Numbered from the whole stretch's first letter, positions 26,714-41,078 are shown. The stretch is DNA of 61,613 nt, filler included, from Choristocarpus tenellus KU-1152 (GCA_964200185.2; 9 parts of 9 records of this genome joined end to end with filler, not necessarily neighbours in it); one strand, 5' to 3'. Numbers and translations are program-made. The notes: a model not told the origin generated them from the letters alone.

Positions 26714-29028
26714 GTGACCACACTGATCATTGAATTCATCCCCACCTTTAGAATAATTGCCATTCGCAAAGCACGGTGTATCCAATGCACTTTCTGTCTC
26801 AGGATAGAGCGGCTGAAAGTATCTGGGGGGGGGGTGGCGGCTGTCCAATTGGGGTCAATTTCTTCATGTCACAATGTTTGGGTGATTNNNNNNNNNNNNN
26901 NNNNNNNNNNNNNNNNNNNNNNNNNNNNNNNTTAATTAATTAANNNNNNNNNNNNNNNNNNNNNNNNNNNNNNNNNNNNNNNNNNNNCTGTGATTGCTAC
27001 AGGCGTCCACAATCACGATGCCTCTGCTGGGGGGGGGGGGGCACACCTGGCAGAAGAGGAGGATGACATGCCAGGGGCCTGATGGGGTTGGCAAAGGATG
27101 AGGGAGGGGGCTGTGGGGGAAAGTATGTGAGAGGTGGAGGGGGTCATGCACACAGACTTCATGCAACAGAAGCAGCTGTTTGTACTGCTAGTAGTTGGAT
27201 GTCATATTTCTAGAACACTCAGTCATTTATGACCTAGGAAATGGTCAAGAATATTTGTATTTGGTAGTTCTGTGCTGTGTGGTATTAGCCCTGTAATTTC
27301 AAGCTGTGTTCTTATGGTGCTACCATTGATAACATTTCCTTACCTATGAGCATCATCACTCATTGCTGCAATTCTACTGTTGATACTGTTTGATATACTC
27401 CTTGAGCATATAGTTTGGTGGTCAATTGTGCAGAAAGCTTGTGTGTGGAAGTTCTTTTTCCTTTTGAAACCTTTTTTTTATCACACCTCCACTACTTGCA
27501 CATTTGAAATGCCTCCAATGAGTTGTTTTGGCTTGATTTAAGAGCACGTATTTCAAAGTACTATGGAGTATTGTACTAGAAGACAATCGTATTTTGAAGT
27601 ATAGTATTATGCTGTGGAGTTCATGGTGTAAGTAGTTTGTGTAGACAAAAGGACATACGTTGCTACTGTATGTATGCGTTTGGCACAGGCGAACTGCTGT
27701 GAGCAAGAGCTAATGAAACCTTTGAGATAGTGACCCAGTGATCCCCTTGATGGATACTCTGCTAGCCTTGTTTCCACAGTCTCTGGTGATGCTGACGATT
27801 TGCTAAGAAGAGCCTTGCTTCTAGAGGGAGGGTAGATGATGCCCTGAGAATAGCCTTGTTTTTTGAGGAAGGACCTAGAACAAACTGATGAATACTGATG
27901 TTTTGAGCAGAATTGAAAGAGAAGGGAAAGACTGTTAGGAGCCTTTAATCTTTGGAGAATACTACATGAAACGAAAGGGTGACCCTGTAGTAATTATCTT
28001 GGTTAGGAACCCATTATTTTGAGACTGACAGAAGAGAGAGGCAAGGGGGGAGCCTGTGTGGCCCATGCTCTTGTCTTCCTCCCAGATCACTGTCTAGCAA
28101 CCGATCAGCTTTGGTGAGTGGGAATATATTATTCTATGTTCTTGTCCAAAAATCAGGACTCAGTATCTGGTCAGGCAGTTACGATTTGTGAAGACCTGTT
28201 TGTTGGGTTCTATGGGCTAGTATAGAATGGGATGGCCTATATTGAACAGTCCTATACTCTGGAGTACATGATAGGGGCTAGACATGAGTAAGTCCACTGA
28301 TTCTCACCTGGAATCCTGATGAGCAGGAGTGGGATGCACCCCCTTCATTCACATTCACACCATGTCATGATAACCCCAACACTCTATACACAAATTTAGT
28401 GTAAGTTAAAACACCAATTATTGTCATCATTGTAGTATCTTCTCTATTGTACTTCGTAGTAAGCGGTGGCGCTTTGCCATAATTTAATATTCGAGGTCTT
28501 GAGGAGGAATTTGTTAAGGGCACTGTAAAATATTTAGTTGCAATAACCATGGGTGAGATCAGTCATCTAGATTTGTTGGGTGTTGTCAACTTGTTTGGTG
28601 ATTGTTTGGACGACCGTGCACAATGCAATACAGACCCCCACGACCAAGGATTCGCTTTGTTGTTATTCACCTCACTCCATCTTACATAGAACACTTCAAA
28701 ATAAAGGGCGCTAAATGACTCATTAGATGATGGCCAGTTTGTGACTCTTCCTCGTCTAATACCATAGCCACCCCCGAAGTATATGATAGCTATCCATTTG
28801 GTTCATGGTGACCATGGCAAATGTTCACCATAGACCCAAAAATATGCAAGCCACTTTCATCACTAAAAGTGATTCTAGAAGTAATTAGATATTATAATAT
28901 AATATTTGTAGTAGTGCACACATATATGTATGAGGTTCAAACACAGATGTGAAAACCAAAGGTACACTTCTTGAAAATGGCGGAGTCAAACAAGACACAA
29001 ACACACCATACATAATCACACAAATAAA

Positions 29029-29152
29029 CAGGGGATTTCAAAAATTGAGGATGGGCTTGACCCAAAATTGACTGGGTGAAAGTGCCGATATGTTTTTTGG
29101 GTCAAGCCCATCCTCAATGAAAAGCTCCATCCTCAATTTTTGAAATCCCCTG
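29029..29152. mobile_element. 124-bp near-palindromic MITE (family B); partial copies at ~32513-32547 and ~32909-32963
   Basis: CAGGGGATTTCAAAAATTGAGGATGG...CCATCCTCAATTTTTGAAATCCCCTG perfect inverted termini, plus an inner inverted pair TTGAGGATGGGCTTGACCCAAAA/TTTTGGGTCAAGCCCATCCTCAA. Confidence 0.8.
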
Positions 29153-31146
29153 TTAATAATACAATTACGGACCAAAAGAAAATCAAGATTTTCGAAAGAA
29201 GGTCGATAAACATTAACTCTTTTCTACAAACTGAACACAATACAGTCCAAACTCGGTCGGTAGTGCCACTTATTGGTAACTTTGACACATACCTACCATT
29301 TATTTTTATTATTATGCCCTTTGGCACTTTGCAGATGTGTCAGGGGGAAAATAAATGAAAACTATACATATGTCAGTATAAGCCCGAAGGAAATTAGATA
29401 TCCTAAACATGAGAACACTATAATAAAGTAATGGATTTGTGAAAACTACTAATCAGTTACTTCATCACTATTATTATAACAGCATCATGTATCAATTAAT
29501 AATATTTATTCACATCATTCATGTGAGGGGTCCAAATACCTAACACCAGTAATGTTTTGGGCGACCTTGTTGTGACTCAGTTGTTGAATCATCACTTTGA
29601 AAACTTTGAGATATATGTCCACCTACAACTTTGTTCTTTTTTTGGAAGGTGGTTGTTTGTCAGCAATGGTTTCGGCGGTCCCCAGCATGAAATTAGTGGG
29701 TTCGACCCCCTTTGGGACCACCTCTTTAAAAAATATGAATATCAGGTTTCGAAGATGCTATTCCGCATCATAACCGCAACGAATTGTACGCTTGTACTAT
29801 GGGTGTCATTGTGACTCAGTGGTTGGTAACGACCTGGATGGATCTAGTGGGTTCAAGCCACTTCAACTCTACGCCTGTACCAAAAAGTTTCGAAGTTGAT
29901 GATACATGTTCCAATGATGCTATTTCACATGGTAAGCACAACAACGGTTTGTATACCTCCTGTACTATCCAGTCTATCCCACACCACAAAAACGCGATAC
30001 CACAAAAAGACCGGACCAAGATAAAGGTAGAAACTTCGGGGGAGGCTCAGCAGAAGATTTTAGGGAGGACACGGAGCAACGAGTGGTGGGAGTACTGAAT
30101 CCAATGCCGAGAAGCAGAGAAGGAACGGAGGCAGTACAATTAGTCGTAGTACAACACCACTGAACCCATTGAGCGAGAAAAAATGAAGGCATGCACTGGG
30201 GTAGTGCAATTGGTTGTATAGTTTTACAGGTAGAAGAAAATAGTGCAGTGTGCACTGCCATCTGACTACAGATCAAGGAAGCTACGTAGGGTGGAGGTAA
30301 TGAAGAAGCTTCACACTAAAGGGAGACAATAGTAGTAATAAATGTGTCACCGTTTGCCATTTCGATCATGACATCCAAAAGTATACTATTTTTTTCAAAA
30401 AATGCCTGCAACGAGTAAAAAATAAGAATAAAACAGTATATCCGCATGTCTATGACTTGTAGTATTCGCTCAGGTATGGATGTTGTGCCCATCCAATGTT
30501 AAGTGTGTGTGTAATAAAAATTGTTGGTGCAGAAAACAGGAACAGAATGTCACAACAAACTATTATTGTGAAGTCAAGGAAATGTGTCGAATGTCCGTCT
30601 GCATCAGAGGTCTCAAAGCAAATGCGCAACTCCAGTTTCACCTTGTGCAGCAATGTGCATGGAAGTTTTACTAGTAACAGACCGCTCTCTTTTTTGTCTT
30701 CATCTCCAAATCAAGAACATGTGCTAGCACGTCTATAATACTTATTGACATGGTTAATCTTTTGTCCACCTAGCAATTCCACCATATCGCCTTTCTGAGG
30801 CCAAAGATAGTAATTTCTGTTTGTTGGTGCCGCCTGAAGTGTCCTTATGCTTCCCTTAGTGCTTTGCCATTGTGAACAAGGCACTGCTCCCAACAGGTGC
30901 TCTAACTTGTCAGCGAAAAGAAGGCTGCTTTCCAGTTTGAGGGGACGAAGTCCTTTTGACACAACAACAACAATGGGCTTATCATCACCATTGCACCCTC
31001 ATCACTCTTCTTCTCCTTCTAGGCATGTTACAATCTAAGCACACCCTGTTCATCTCAACGTCCCAATGTGGATCCCCAGTGCCACAAGTTCCGTGAATAA
31101 GGTGGTTTGCTGTCATTATTATTATCATCAGCATTATCATATTATT

Positions 31147-31730
31147 AGGCCTGTCAGATTATTGGGATGCTTCCCTAGCTCCTCGCCCTGTGGTGTAGGG
31201 TTAAGCTAGATTGGAGACATAGGAGGGTAGTGGTGTAGCATAGGTGGTGGTCAAATAGTAAGTAGATTTTAGAGAGATATCTTTCACATCTACGATAACT
31301 TTTACCGGAGTTCTTATGATATTGGATTGTCTTTTCATTGTTTTTTCCTCTGAAACACCTGCAAAATTTTAGAGGGCATATTAATATATTTTTATTGTTA
31401 TCATCATCATTATTACCAACGTTGTTATTGCTATATTATTGTTACTAGGTTCATCATCATTATCATTATATATTATTATGCCCTCTTACATTTTCCAGAT
31501 GTGTCAGGGGACAAAACCAATGAAAAGACCATTCAATATTATAAGAACTCCTGTAAAAGTATCACTTGCCGAAAATGTGAAATATTTCTATTTACTATTT
31601 GGCTACCACCAGCTATGCTACACCACTCCCCTCGTATGCCTCCAACTTAGCTCAGCCCTACACCACTGGTCGAGGAGCTAGGGAACATCCCAAGAATCTG
31701 ACAGGCCCCTGCTTGCCTTCCCCATCTCTC
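31147..31730. mobile_element. Two family-C retro fragments, tail-to-tail (~31147-31385 plus strand, ~31474-31730 minus strand); other minus copies at ~32130-32385 and ~29310-29395
   Basis: GGCCTGTCAGATTATTGGGATGCTTCCCTAGCTCCTCG...AGAGGGCATA on plus; its reverse complement TATGCCCTCT...CGAGGAGCTAGGGAACATCCCAAGAATCTGACAGGCC follows, within ATT/ATC microsatellite. Confidence 0.78.
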
Positions 31731-34678
31731 TTGTTATCATCATCATTATTATCAACGTTGTTATTACTATATTTGTTATCTCTATTATTATCATTACTAT
31801 TTTTTTCATCATCATTATTATTATCAACACTATTATTAGAATCATCGTCGTAATCGATAATATTATTATCATTATCATAATACGTTATTATATATTATTG
31901 AAGCAGCAATCAATAACCTTAGAGTAGAAGAACCTCCAACTTATCACTGTTTAGATTTGGTGTTTTCTGTTTACAGGGTCGAATTTTGTTACTTCTTGTA
32001 AATGAACCCATATTTTGTGGGATAACTATTGTAATTTTGTTTTTCATTATTGTAATTAATAAAGCGAAAGGGGAAGTATGTACATACAACCCTTCTACCC
32101 TCCAAATTACCAACTGCTGTTGATATTAATTATATTCTCATGCCCTCTGACATTTTGCCAACATGTCAGGGAAAAGGTCAAACCAATATCACGAACAACC
32201 CTGCAAAAGTAGTAGTTGTTGTAAATGTGACAGATATCTCTCCAAAGACTATTCACTATTTGGATACCAGCTATCCTAAAATACTCCCTTAAAGATAAAT
32301 AAATGCAATTTTATGTGCACATTGCTGCTATGGCTCTAACCTAGCTTAACCCTACACAACTATGCAAGGAGCTACAGAAGTATCGACCCAAAATATCGGG
32401 GGGGGGGGGGGGNNNNNNNNNNNNNNNNNNNNNNNNNNNNNNNNNNNNNNNNNNNNTTAATTAATTAANNNNNNNNNNNNNNNNNNNNNNNNNNNNNNNN
32501 NNNNNNNNNNNNAGTCCCGCTCCATCCCCAATTTTGAAAATCCTCTGTTTGGTACTCTACTACCACCACTACCACCACCATCACTACTACTACCTGCTGC
32601 TACTACCACTATACTACTACTATACTCCTCCTCCTAATGCTAGTACAGAATGTTAACAGGAGTGATACTACTATACTCCTACTCCTACTACTATGGAATG
32701 TGAACTGATTTCGTGAGGACGTCGTGTGTTATTTGTTGTGAGATAACTCCTACCGTCTGCATCTGCAACCAACTTGACTATGACAATAACAGCGCCACAC
32801 TGTCTGAGCCATGATGATATTAATAGTTGGTTTCATCTGAGATCCCAAGCATGATTTGATTACTACACTATTGTTCATGTTTCTCTTAATTTAAAAAACA
32901 AGAGAGAACAGCCGATTTCAAAAATTGAGGATGGAGCTTTTCATTGAGGATGGGCTTGACCCAACAAGAGAGGAGTAGCATTATAGTGCTACTGGATGCA
33001 CTCCAATACACCATTGCAGTACTTGCATACTGTTGGTGGAGCTACTACTATCACCTATCATCAACACACGATTCATTCCTACCAAAGTTTAATAGTCTGT
33101 GGTATGTACTCACAAAAATTGAAACCGAACTTTTGTCCACTCTTCTAAATGTCGCTCATGATTAAAACAATTTCGTTCATGATACAGGGTGGTGGGGTCA
33201 GGTTGTATGCCCAGTAAATGAAGCAAGTAGCTCTCCAAGCAAATACCAAATACTTTGTTTAAAAGTGAAGGAGGTTGATAGCTCCCACACTGACTCCTGG
33301 TACTCTTTCTCTCTCCATCTATATATCATCCGCATGCACCCCTTATGTCCACCCACACACGCACAGAGCTAAACGTGTCTTGTGGTCTATAGGTATCCCA
33401 TTCGCAAAGAAAGCAACCAACAACAAGCTAATCCACCCCATTTTGTCATATACTTTTTTTGAAGAAATAATAATACTCTTTGTACCACCAGGGGAGGTGG
33501 GTTTTAGTGGTATAACAACAAATAAATGGGAAAAAGAGGAACTAGGGAACATATCCGAAAAAATATGGGATGAAGGTGAATATTACCAGGTTTCGTATGC
33601 AAGAAAGGCAATTTGGCAGGGTGCTGATGGATTGAAATCACTATAACATGATGTACGACTCAAAAATCCACTAAAAGTTAAACCGTACCTGCTCCAGAGC
33701 ACTCCTGGGTATTCTCAGACTGGATTAGTCCCTCTGTACGGACATCAACCGCAACAATGAAACGGAATGAATCACAACAGAGACATGCATAACTTGCTTG
33801 AGGGTTGAGAGAGAATCAATCCATTAATGAACTAGAAGATTTTCCCGAAAATCCAATCAAGACACATGCTATTCAGGTGCAACAATAATGACCCATCATC
33901 AGACTCTACATCTGCAACTTCTGTCTCGGCAGTCCCCTCATCTCACTCTTCTCGATACACACTAATATATCTAATGCACCTAATATACCTCCCTCTCCCA
34001 CACGTTGTATGCCCCCTCCACTACATCAAAGGTCACCAATATTTGGAACAAAAAAAAATCTACCGAACTAAATCCATTCCTTTTCCACCTCTCAGTATAC
34101 TCCAGCCACAACAACAATGCAGTCCTGCGACACACTCTACACAAAAAGAGATCAATCCATGGGGGTGCTCACATGAGTGCGAATATACGGTACCGTCTCA
34201 ACCAACAGGCTTGTCATTGAATCATCAAAACCTCTAACCACACCTACGTAACTATAGATGACTCCCTATACAACAATACAAGAGCCTTAAGGAGCAAATC
34301 CAGCCAACTTGGCCCAAGAAGGGCACAGAGTTTGCATGCAAACCAATGAACGTCGAAAATGGTGACACAAGAGCACAGTGAGTGGTCTCAACCCAAGTCA
34401 GTCAACGCAAACAAACAAAAAGACTAAATAAAAAAAAACATTGCCATCACAAAAACAACAAAGTTGTCAAGGCGATTCACCACCTGACCACCAAAACTAC
34501 ATCATTTACCACCCCACTCTCCCCACCTCTTCTTCAGCATCACCTATTACAGACCAAATGCACTTCACTGGTGGTTCCTGTGTTCTCATCCCCAACACCA
34601 TACGTATTAGTACCAGTCAACTCCCGCCCCTTCTCAAAGAGTCTACCCAAAAGCTGGAGACACGGACATCCCATCCTC

Positions 34679-37600
34679 TCAGCGCAACTGGATGTCTATC
34701 TTAACATAGGACAAGAAAACATTCACTGCCACTGCCAATGCCACCACACAAGAGGCCTTCAACGTATAGGTCATCCAAGGGGGAAAGCCTGAAACAACCC
34801 TCTTGATGAGAGACAGGTTCTGAGTGGCAAACGGAGGGTATCGCGCTCTTGGGTCAAATGACATGGACTGGTAGGCCACTGGCTTGCGGTGACTGAATGT
34901 GCTGAAGGACCACTTGCCACGATATTTGCCCATGCCGCTGTTACCCTTGCCACCAAAGCCGAGGTCATTGGATACCCTACATTGAAGTGAATGGGCAAAA
35001 TATGACATCAGTTACAGTAGTTTTGTTTGTCAACACTGACGACGTTAAAGTGTTTGAAATGTGTAGGGGCATTGGTTGAATGAATGTTCAAGGATTGTTT
35101 GAGCACACCAACGCAAATACCAGACTCACAAGGCGCAGAGCCCTACTAGACACGGTGGTCATTGCACCAACATCATATCGTATGAACTATTGGCATGACG
35201 TGACTTCAGCAACTCCGTTAATTTGAGGACAGGAGAGGGACGAGGATCTCCACCAAGCAATACTGAGAAGGATAGGAAGTGCTCCATGTAAGAGCTTTTG
35301 GTAGGCATGGTGAAGATCGGAGCGGAGTTATCATATTCGATCTCACACAGTCATACTTCACTCATCAATGACTTGAGCACCAAAAAAAAAACTTTCAAGG
35401 GGTAGGGCACATCGTACCAAAGTGGAGAAAAAATCTATACCGACAGAATCGTCCAAAATCGACACGTACAGTCAATAAAACTTTCTAAAGTGCCCCTTCC
35501 AAGCAAACCTCTCAAACCGCACTTTAAAAAAAGAAGGATGCCATAACCCTTTCCACCTTTCCTTATCTCCTATCCCCTCAATCCCACAAAAAAAACACAC
35601 ACACACACACATACACACAAAAACTCACAAATGGTATATGCAGTCATTCACGCAAATGCCTCCTGCAGGAACTCCCGAGATGAACCGATCACGAACTTTG
35701 TCATCCTTTGTGAAGGGGTAGGCTGCTAGGGGTGTCTCACGCTGATTGATGAACTTCATAGCCTCATCAACACCAGACACCTCCAGGATTGGAAGGATAG
35801 GCCCGAAGATTTCCTCCTGCAACACACACCAATATCATTTCAACACTTGGGATAAAAACAAACATGCTTGCGTGTGCGTGCATCATCAGAACTAAAAAAA
35901 GAAGGCACCTGTGTTGCTAGCTTCAAATAGACATTGAGCACGTTCTCGGCCCCAGTGTGTCAGGGTATACAATAATACCACAATGCGGTGAAGTGGGTGG
36001 TATACAGTAGTGACTATTTTATTATCCTTACACGCAAGAAACAACTGGAGGATTAAAAAAAAAATCTCGTACATCAGTGGTAAAATATCAGAACACCATA
36101 CTGATTTTGCCAACTCCAAATTTATTTTGTGTGTCGGGAGGAATTCGGAAATTTCCTTGATGTGTTCGCGGCCCACCACCCCAAAAAAGGACCCCATTTG
36201 AAGCACTTATTCTGGAATTTTCCCTGTGTAGTTGATAGGTTGAGCATGCACTACAACAAAATTTAAACACGTCATGTATGTGATAACAAAGTTGGCACTA
36301 CAGGGTTGTCAGGTCTGCTAAAGTGGTGGAGGCGTTTGTGCATTTCCTCTCCCACAAGCTCAATAAAGTCAGTGCTTACACATTTTAAAAACTCAAAACC
36401 TTTTTTTTAAATTCCATTTCAAACAAGTGGAACGGTCCCTGCATTGATACTTCCAGTACTAACAGTATTAATCTCTGTATCACTAACAATATTTATGTCT
36501 GTATCCCTTCAAACAAAATGAAAACGTCACACGCCATCCATAATAGTAATCTCATCTATAAAAAAAATAAGGCGTGTTCAACAAGCGCACAGTACAAAGA
36601 AATCATACTGCAAAAATAATAGTACATACATACAGTCTGACCAAATCACACAATACAAACAAAAAGATCAAAACAATAAAAAACAACTTTTCCCCCATAC
36701 CGAAGAGCACCCATCACAAATTAATATTTGCCTTGGTCTCTTCAAGACCATAAAATAAAAAATGCAAACAGTTACAGCATACTCCTTTGCAGAGCCCTAG
36801 CTTGAGCCACCAGCATCCCATGCCTCTCTCACACACCCTCTCCTTCCCATATTGGCACTGGCTGACTGGGATTATCTGGGACTGGTCCCATACCTTCATA
36901 AGTGCACTGTCATGTTTTGGGTCCACAATGATGGTGAAGTCCACAAAGCGGTCGTCCTCATCTACATGACCTCCCCTCTCCACCTTCCAGTTCATGGGGG
37001 GATGGGGGGATGGGGGGGATGGGAAAAAAGTGAAGGGCCTGTCTTCAGGTGAGGAAAGAGTTCATCCTATGCACCATGACTAGCCACTACAGGCATCTTA
37101 GTGTTTCACATCCATCTACGTTGATGGAGAGGCAGATCATGAGCAGTCACAAAAAATCCATATGAACAAACTAGTGGGTTATACAACCTTTTCTTTTTGT
37201 TACCACTCAACACATAATACATACATACACGCACATACAATGGGAATACTACTTTAACAAAATCTTGGTAATAACATTCTATATAAACTGTTGATACATC
37301 ATCTTGATGTGTATTATATTTCAAATCAGAGGACAAACAAATTTTATTCTGATTTTTCAGTTCAGATAAGTTACGACGACTTCCTTTAAATTCAGAATTT
37401 CCTTCACCAGAAATAATTTCACCTTTTTGCATGTGAGACATATTTTGTCCATGTCCATAAATTTCCATTTGACTCAATATTGTTGATATCATAATCATCA
37501 AAACTAACTATTTCTATATCATATGATACACTACAAAACAACACTAACATTGATGGTGCGTACATCTACTGGAATATTCCAGTGAAGAAGTTGAAGTTGA

Positions 37601-38910
37601 AGTTGGCAAGCTGGAAATAACTGTGAGAAAAAATACTCTTCAACAGAACAGAAGACCCACCACCCCTGGAATTTGAGGGGGGGGGGGGGGGGGGGGAAGA
37701 ATGGCATCACTCAAGACAGCTATCATTTGAAATGTTCGGACCCGAAGAAAGTAACAGAAAAAAAATCGCACAGAATAATTACTGTTCATCCAACAAAACT
37801 CTAAAGCCACCACAGCAGGCCTCAGGCACACCCCAACCCATGAACCCATATTGTATTAGTGAGCTGTAGGCAGTGATACCTTTTTGTTGTCTCAGACAAT
37901 AGGCTGCGTGGTTCTCCAACCTCTGGCATATTCACTTCCACCTCTACTTGTACTGCAATTTTTTATTTTTAAAGGAATTTTTGAAGGAATTGAGTATGCC
38001 CAAAACTTAGGTTACATATTTTTCAAAGGTCAGTTGCATCAGTTGTTCTCAACCAGCAGAACTGAATCCAATTGACGTGTTGCAATTCACAACACTATTA
38101 AATACATACTAGTCATTTCACTTTCCACACACACCCCCCATGCTGTACTCTCAGAACAGCACATTTACATAATACATCCATTGAGGTCCCTACCTTTCCA
38201 CCATGGTCTTTCAGGAGACCAGCCAGTCGCTTCACATGATGGGCATTTATGATCCGCCCGAGGTCTGTGTTCTGTTGGAGGTCCTCTCCTGGATAAATGC
38301 CGGACAGCTCTCGCTTGATTGCTTCCACCAGAGCCGTACAAATCTTTTTTTGTTATTTCACCATACAGCAACAACGGCGTTAAGAAATTGAAGAAATTGT
38401 TTTTGTATTTTAACTGCTTTTTATATACTTAAAATATATATATATATATATTTTCTGCTCTTTTTATACTTCCAAAAAAAAGCATTTTTTTCAGTTTATG
38501 CGCTTGAGCAATCTCCACTACACACACATACACACACAAACACATACACATACGTTGTTCCACTAAGAATCCAAGTATCGAGCTCTTCAGACATGTCAAC
38601 ATACACAAAAACGCCAACATCCTTGTGCCTGTTTCAACAATAAAAACAATAAAAACAAAACAACGCCAACTGCTGGGCACACACCACTCAAGCACGAGAC
38701 TCTCTCTCTCTTCCCCCTTCCCCCCCCCCCCCCCCCCCCTAAAAAAAGTGCCAAAAAAAGGTACACACTTGGAAGAATAAAAAAAATTATGACACACGCG
38801 CAACATACCTCAGTGTGAGCCAGCACGTAGTCAGGCGACAAACACGTCTGACCTAGGTTTAAAAGCTTCATGTTGATCACTCTCCTTGCAGTTACCTCAA
38901 GATCTGCCGA
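34679..38910 (-). CDS. ALDH3: Aldehyde dehydrogenase family 3 (fatty-aldehyde dehydrogenase-like), last five exons
   Basis: KLLNLGQTCLSPDYVL (catalytic Cys), GRIINAHHVKRL, EEIFGPILPIL, ETPLAAYPF, GFGGKGNSGMGKYRGKWSFSTFSHRKPV, RYPPF, and a C-terminal hydrophobic anchor (ASCVVALAVAVNVFL). Confidence 0.92.
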
Positions 38911-40653
38911 CTGCACAGACAAAACAAGCATGTAACACAAAAAACTGAACAATAAAATAAAATAAAATAAATAAAAAACAGGAAGGCGTGCACAAAAAAA
39001 CACTTTTTGGGGGAGGGGAATTTAGCAGCTGTTTCAGGTTTTGTTAGAAAAGAATATTTTCATCGCCATGAAAAAATAGAGTAGAATATATTTTTTAAAC
39101 GGATCAATTTTCTTCCTCCACAGGTACTGCTATAAATAATAACAACAGCAACGCCTACCTACTTCAATACAACTACTCCCTACACTCTCAAATGCATCGC
39201 TACGCCAATTACTGTCATACTTAATACTAGTGTAGAAAATAGAATGTCTGTTGTCCTACCATTGTTGCTGTGTACCATATACTGTCCTACCACTTGAAGT
39301 TCCTTGTCAGGGATCCTGGATTCCAGTAGAGCATCTTCAGTGGAACAGAGTCAAGGTAGAACATAATCTCTTCAAGACACCGGTTCCACAGGTGGAATCT
39401 CTTCTTCATTCATTCATTCATCCATTCATCCAGAGATGTCAAGAGATGTCAAGAGTCAAGGGATCCCCTTCGACGCTGTCACTGTCTCAATTCATTCATT
39501 CATTATCTGATCCACTCACCCTCACCTCTCCTCTCAATCCACCCTTACTCATCCTCATCCAACCCTCATCTCTCCTCTACCTCCACACCTACTTGTCCTC
39601 ACCCAACCCCAACCTCATCCTCATGGTAACACATGGTCTTAATCCATCTTGATCCATCTTGATCCGTCTTGTCCAGCATCTGTCCTCTTCATCCCCCTCA
39701 TCTGAGTGAGCCACACTACCACCAAACCAAACCAAACCAAACCATACAACTCCTATTGGCTACCAATTGATTTCCGATACACGGTGAATGTCACCACTTC
39801 AACCCCATGCATCACACGCCTCCACGTCTAACACAAAAACCACAAGACATCGCCAGCAACAAGACCAGCTGCCGGAAACTGATCATGAAGAAAGACAGCG
39901 AGGAAACAGAACGTAAGACCAGACAAGGCCAACAAACACATCAAAACTACAGGTTGACCCACCAATGACGTCAGACAGAGTTGAGTCAGTCAAGTTCGAC
40001 ATCCAGTGCCTCCTTGTCACTCGCAGATGTCAACCCCCCAGATCAAGAACACTGGTCTCCCTAACCCTTACAGGTGGATTGTGGGTACAGACCAGTCACT
40101 TCCCCCATGTCCCTTGAGGATTGTGTTAGCTCAGACTGTCGTGAACACTTGTCAGGTCCTATTCCAGGGCACTCTACCGTACACCTAGAAATCACACAAA
40201 AAAATTCGCAGTTCAGTCTTCAGCTTCAAAAATCACACAAAACTTCCAACGGGCCCTGTAATCATCAGGTTCTGGAGACGTACCCTTTGGCCCCTTTTGT
40301 GGTCAAAGTAACGTATCCCTATCACCGTATCCTTTGCATTCCTGTCAGAACAGACCAGCATCCCCTCAAAACACCAGTGCTTGTTGTCAACAATTCTTAC
40401 CAAAAACTCGGCAAAGGTTCCCCGCTGAAACCTCTCCCTTCATCTTTCAGGCTGTGGCTGGTACAGCTAAGTGTAGGTTGACCAGCGACCTTAGCCCATC
40501 GGGAGATCGACATCTACACCTGATGCCCTTGTCCCCATTACCCCTCCTACCCTGTCAGAACGCATACAGGATCGATAAACCAACGCGTTTGCCCCCTGCG
40601 CATCCTGCAAGTGTGTCCTGTCCTGTCTGCCCACAGACTAACAACTAACGCCC

Positions 40654-40681
40654 TATAGGGTTAGGGTTATAGGGTTAGGGG
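40654..40681 (+). repeat. Interstitial telomere-like (TTAGGG) repeats
   Basis: TATAGGGTTAGGGTTATAGGGTTAGGGG. Confidence 0.55.
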
Positions 40682-41024
40682 TTGGGAACAACAAGAAGGC
40701 ACGCAAGTCTGTGGACCAACAAGCGCTACGGGGTACAACTGTCGTGGAATCACTCTCTTGAGGGCGTTTGTCATACCAAACTTCCCCCAAAAAAGCACAG
40801 ATACTAACATATATATATATATAGTCATCTCGAACAAATCCGCAAAGAAGCCCACCACTACATCACCTCAGTCTCACAATACTCACAATCATGTCAAACA
40901 CCACCAGCCAAACAACCTGTAAGGTCATGCCCCACTACGTACCTATCACACACACACACACGCTAGCACTGTTTTACCCAAACACTTCATCAAAAGGAGG
41001 TTCCTCAACTTTGAAGGTTCCTCG

Positions 41025-41078
41025 GACTTAGTTAGCTCCACCAAGAGAACCGACTTAGTTAGCTCCACCAAAAGAACC
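41025..41078 (+). repeat. 27-bp direct tandem duplication
   Basis: GACTTAGTTAGCTCCACCAA(G/A)AGAACC x2. Confidence 0.85.

Noticed and set aside
26988-28400. Continuation of the C2 gene or another gene after the spacer
   Set aside because: No phase-consistent exon chain or motif found, and adjacency across the spacer is unverified.
31599-31878. Hydrophobic ORFs rich in L/S or I/M
   Set aside because: Translations of ATT/ATC microsatellite and retro UTR. Most short ORFs in the track are likewise intronic or antisense noise.
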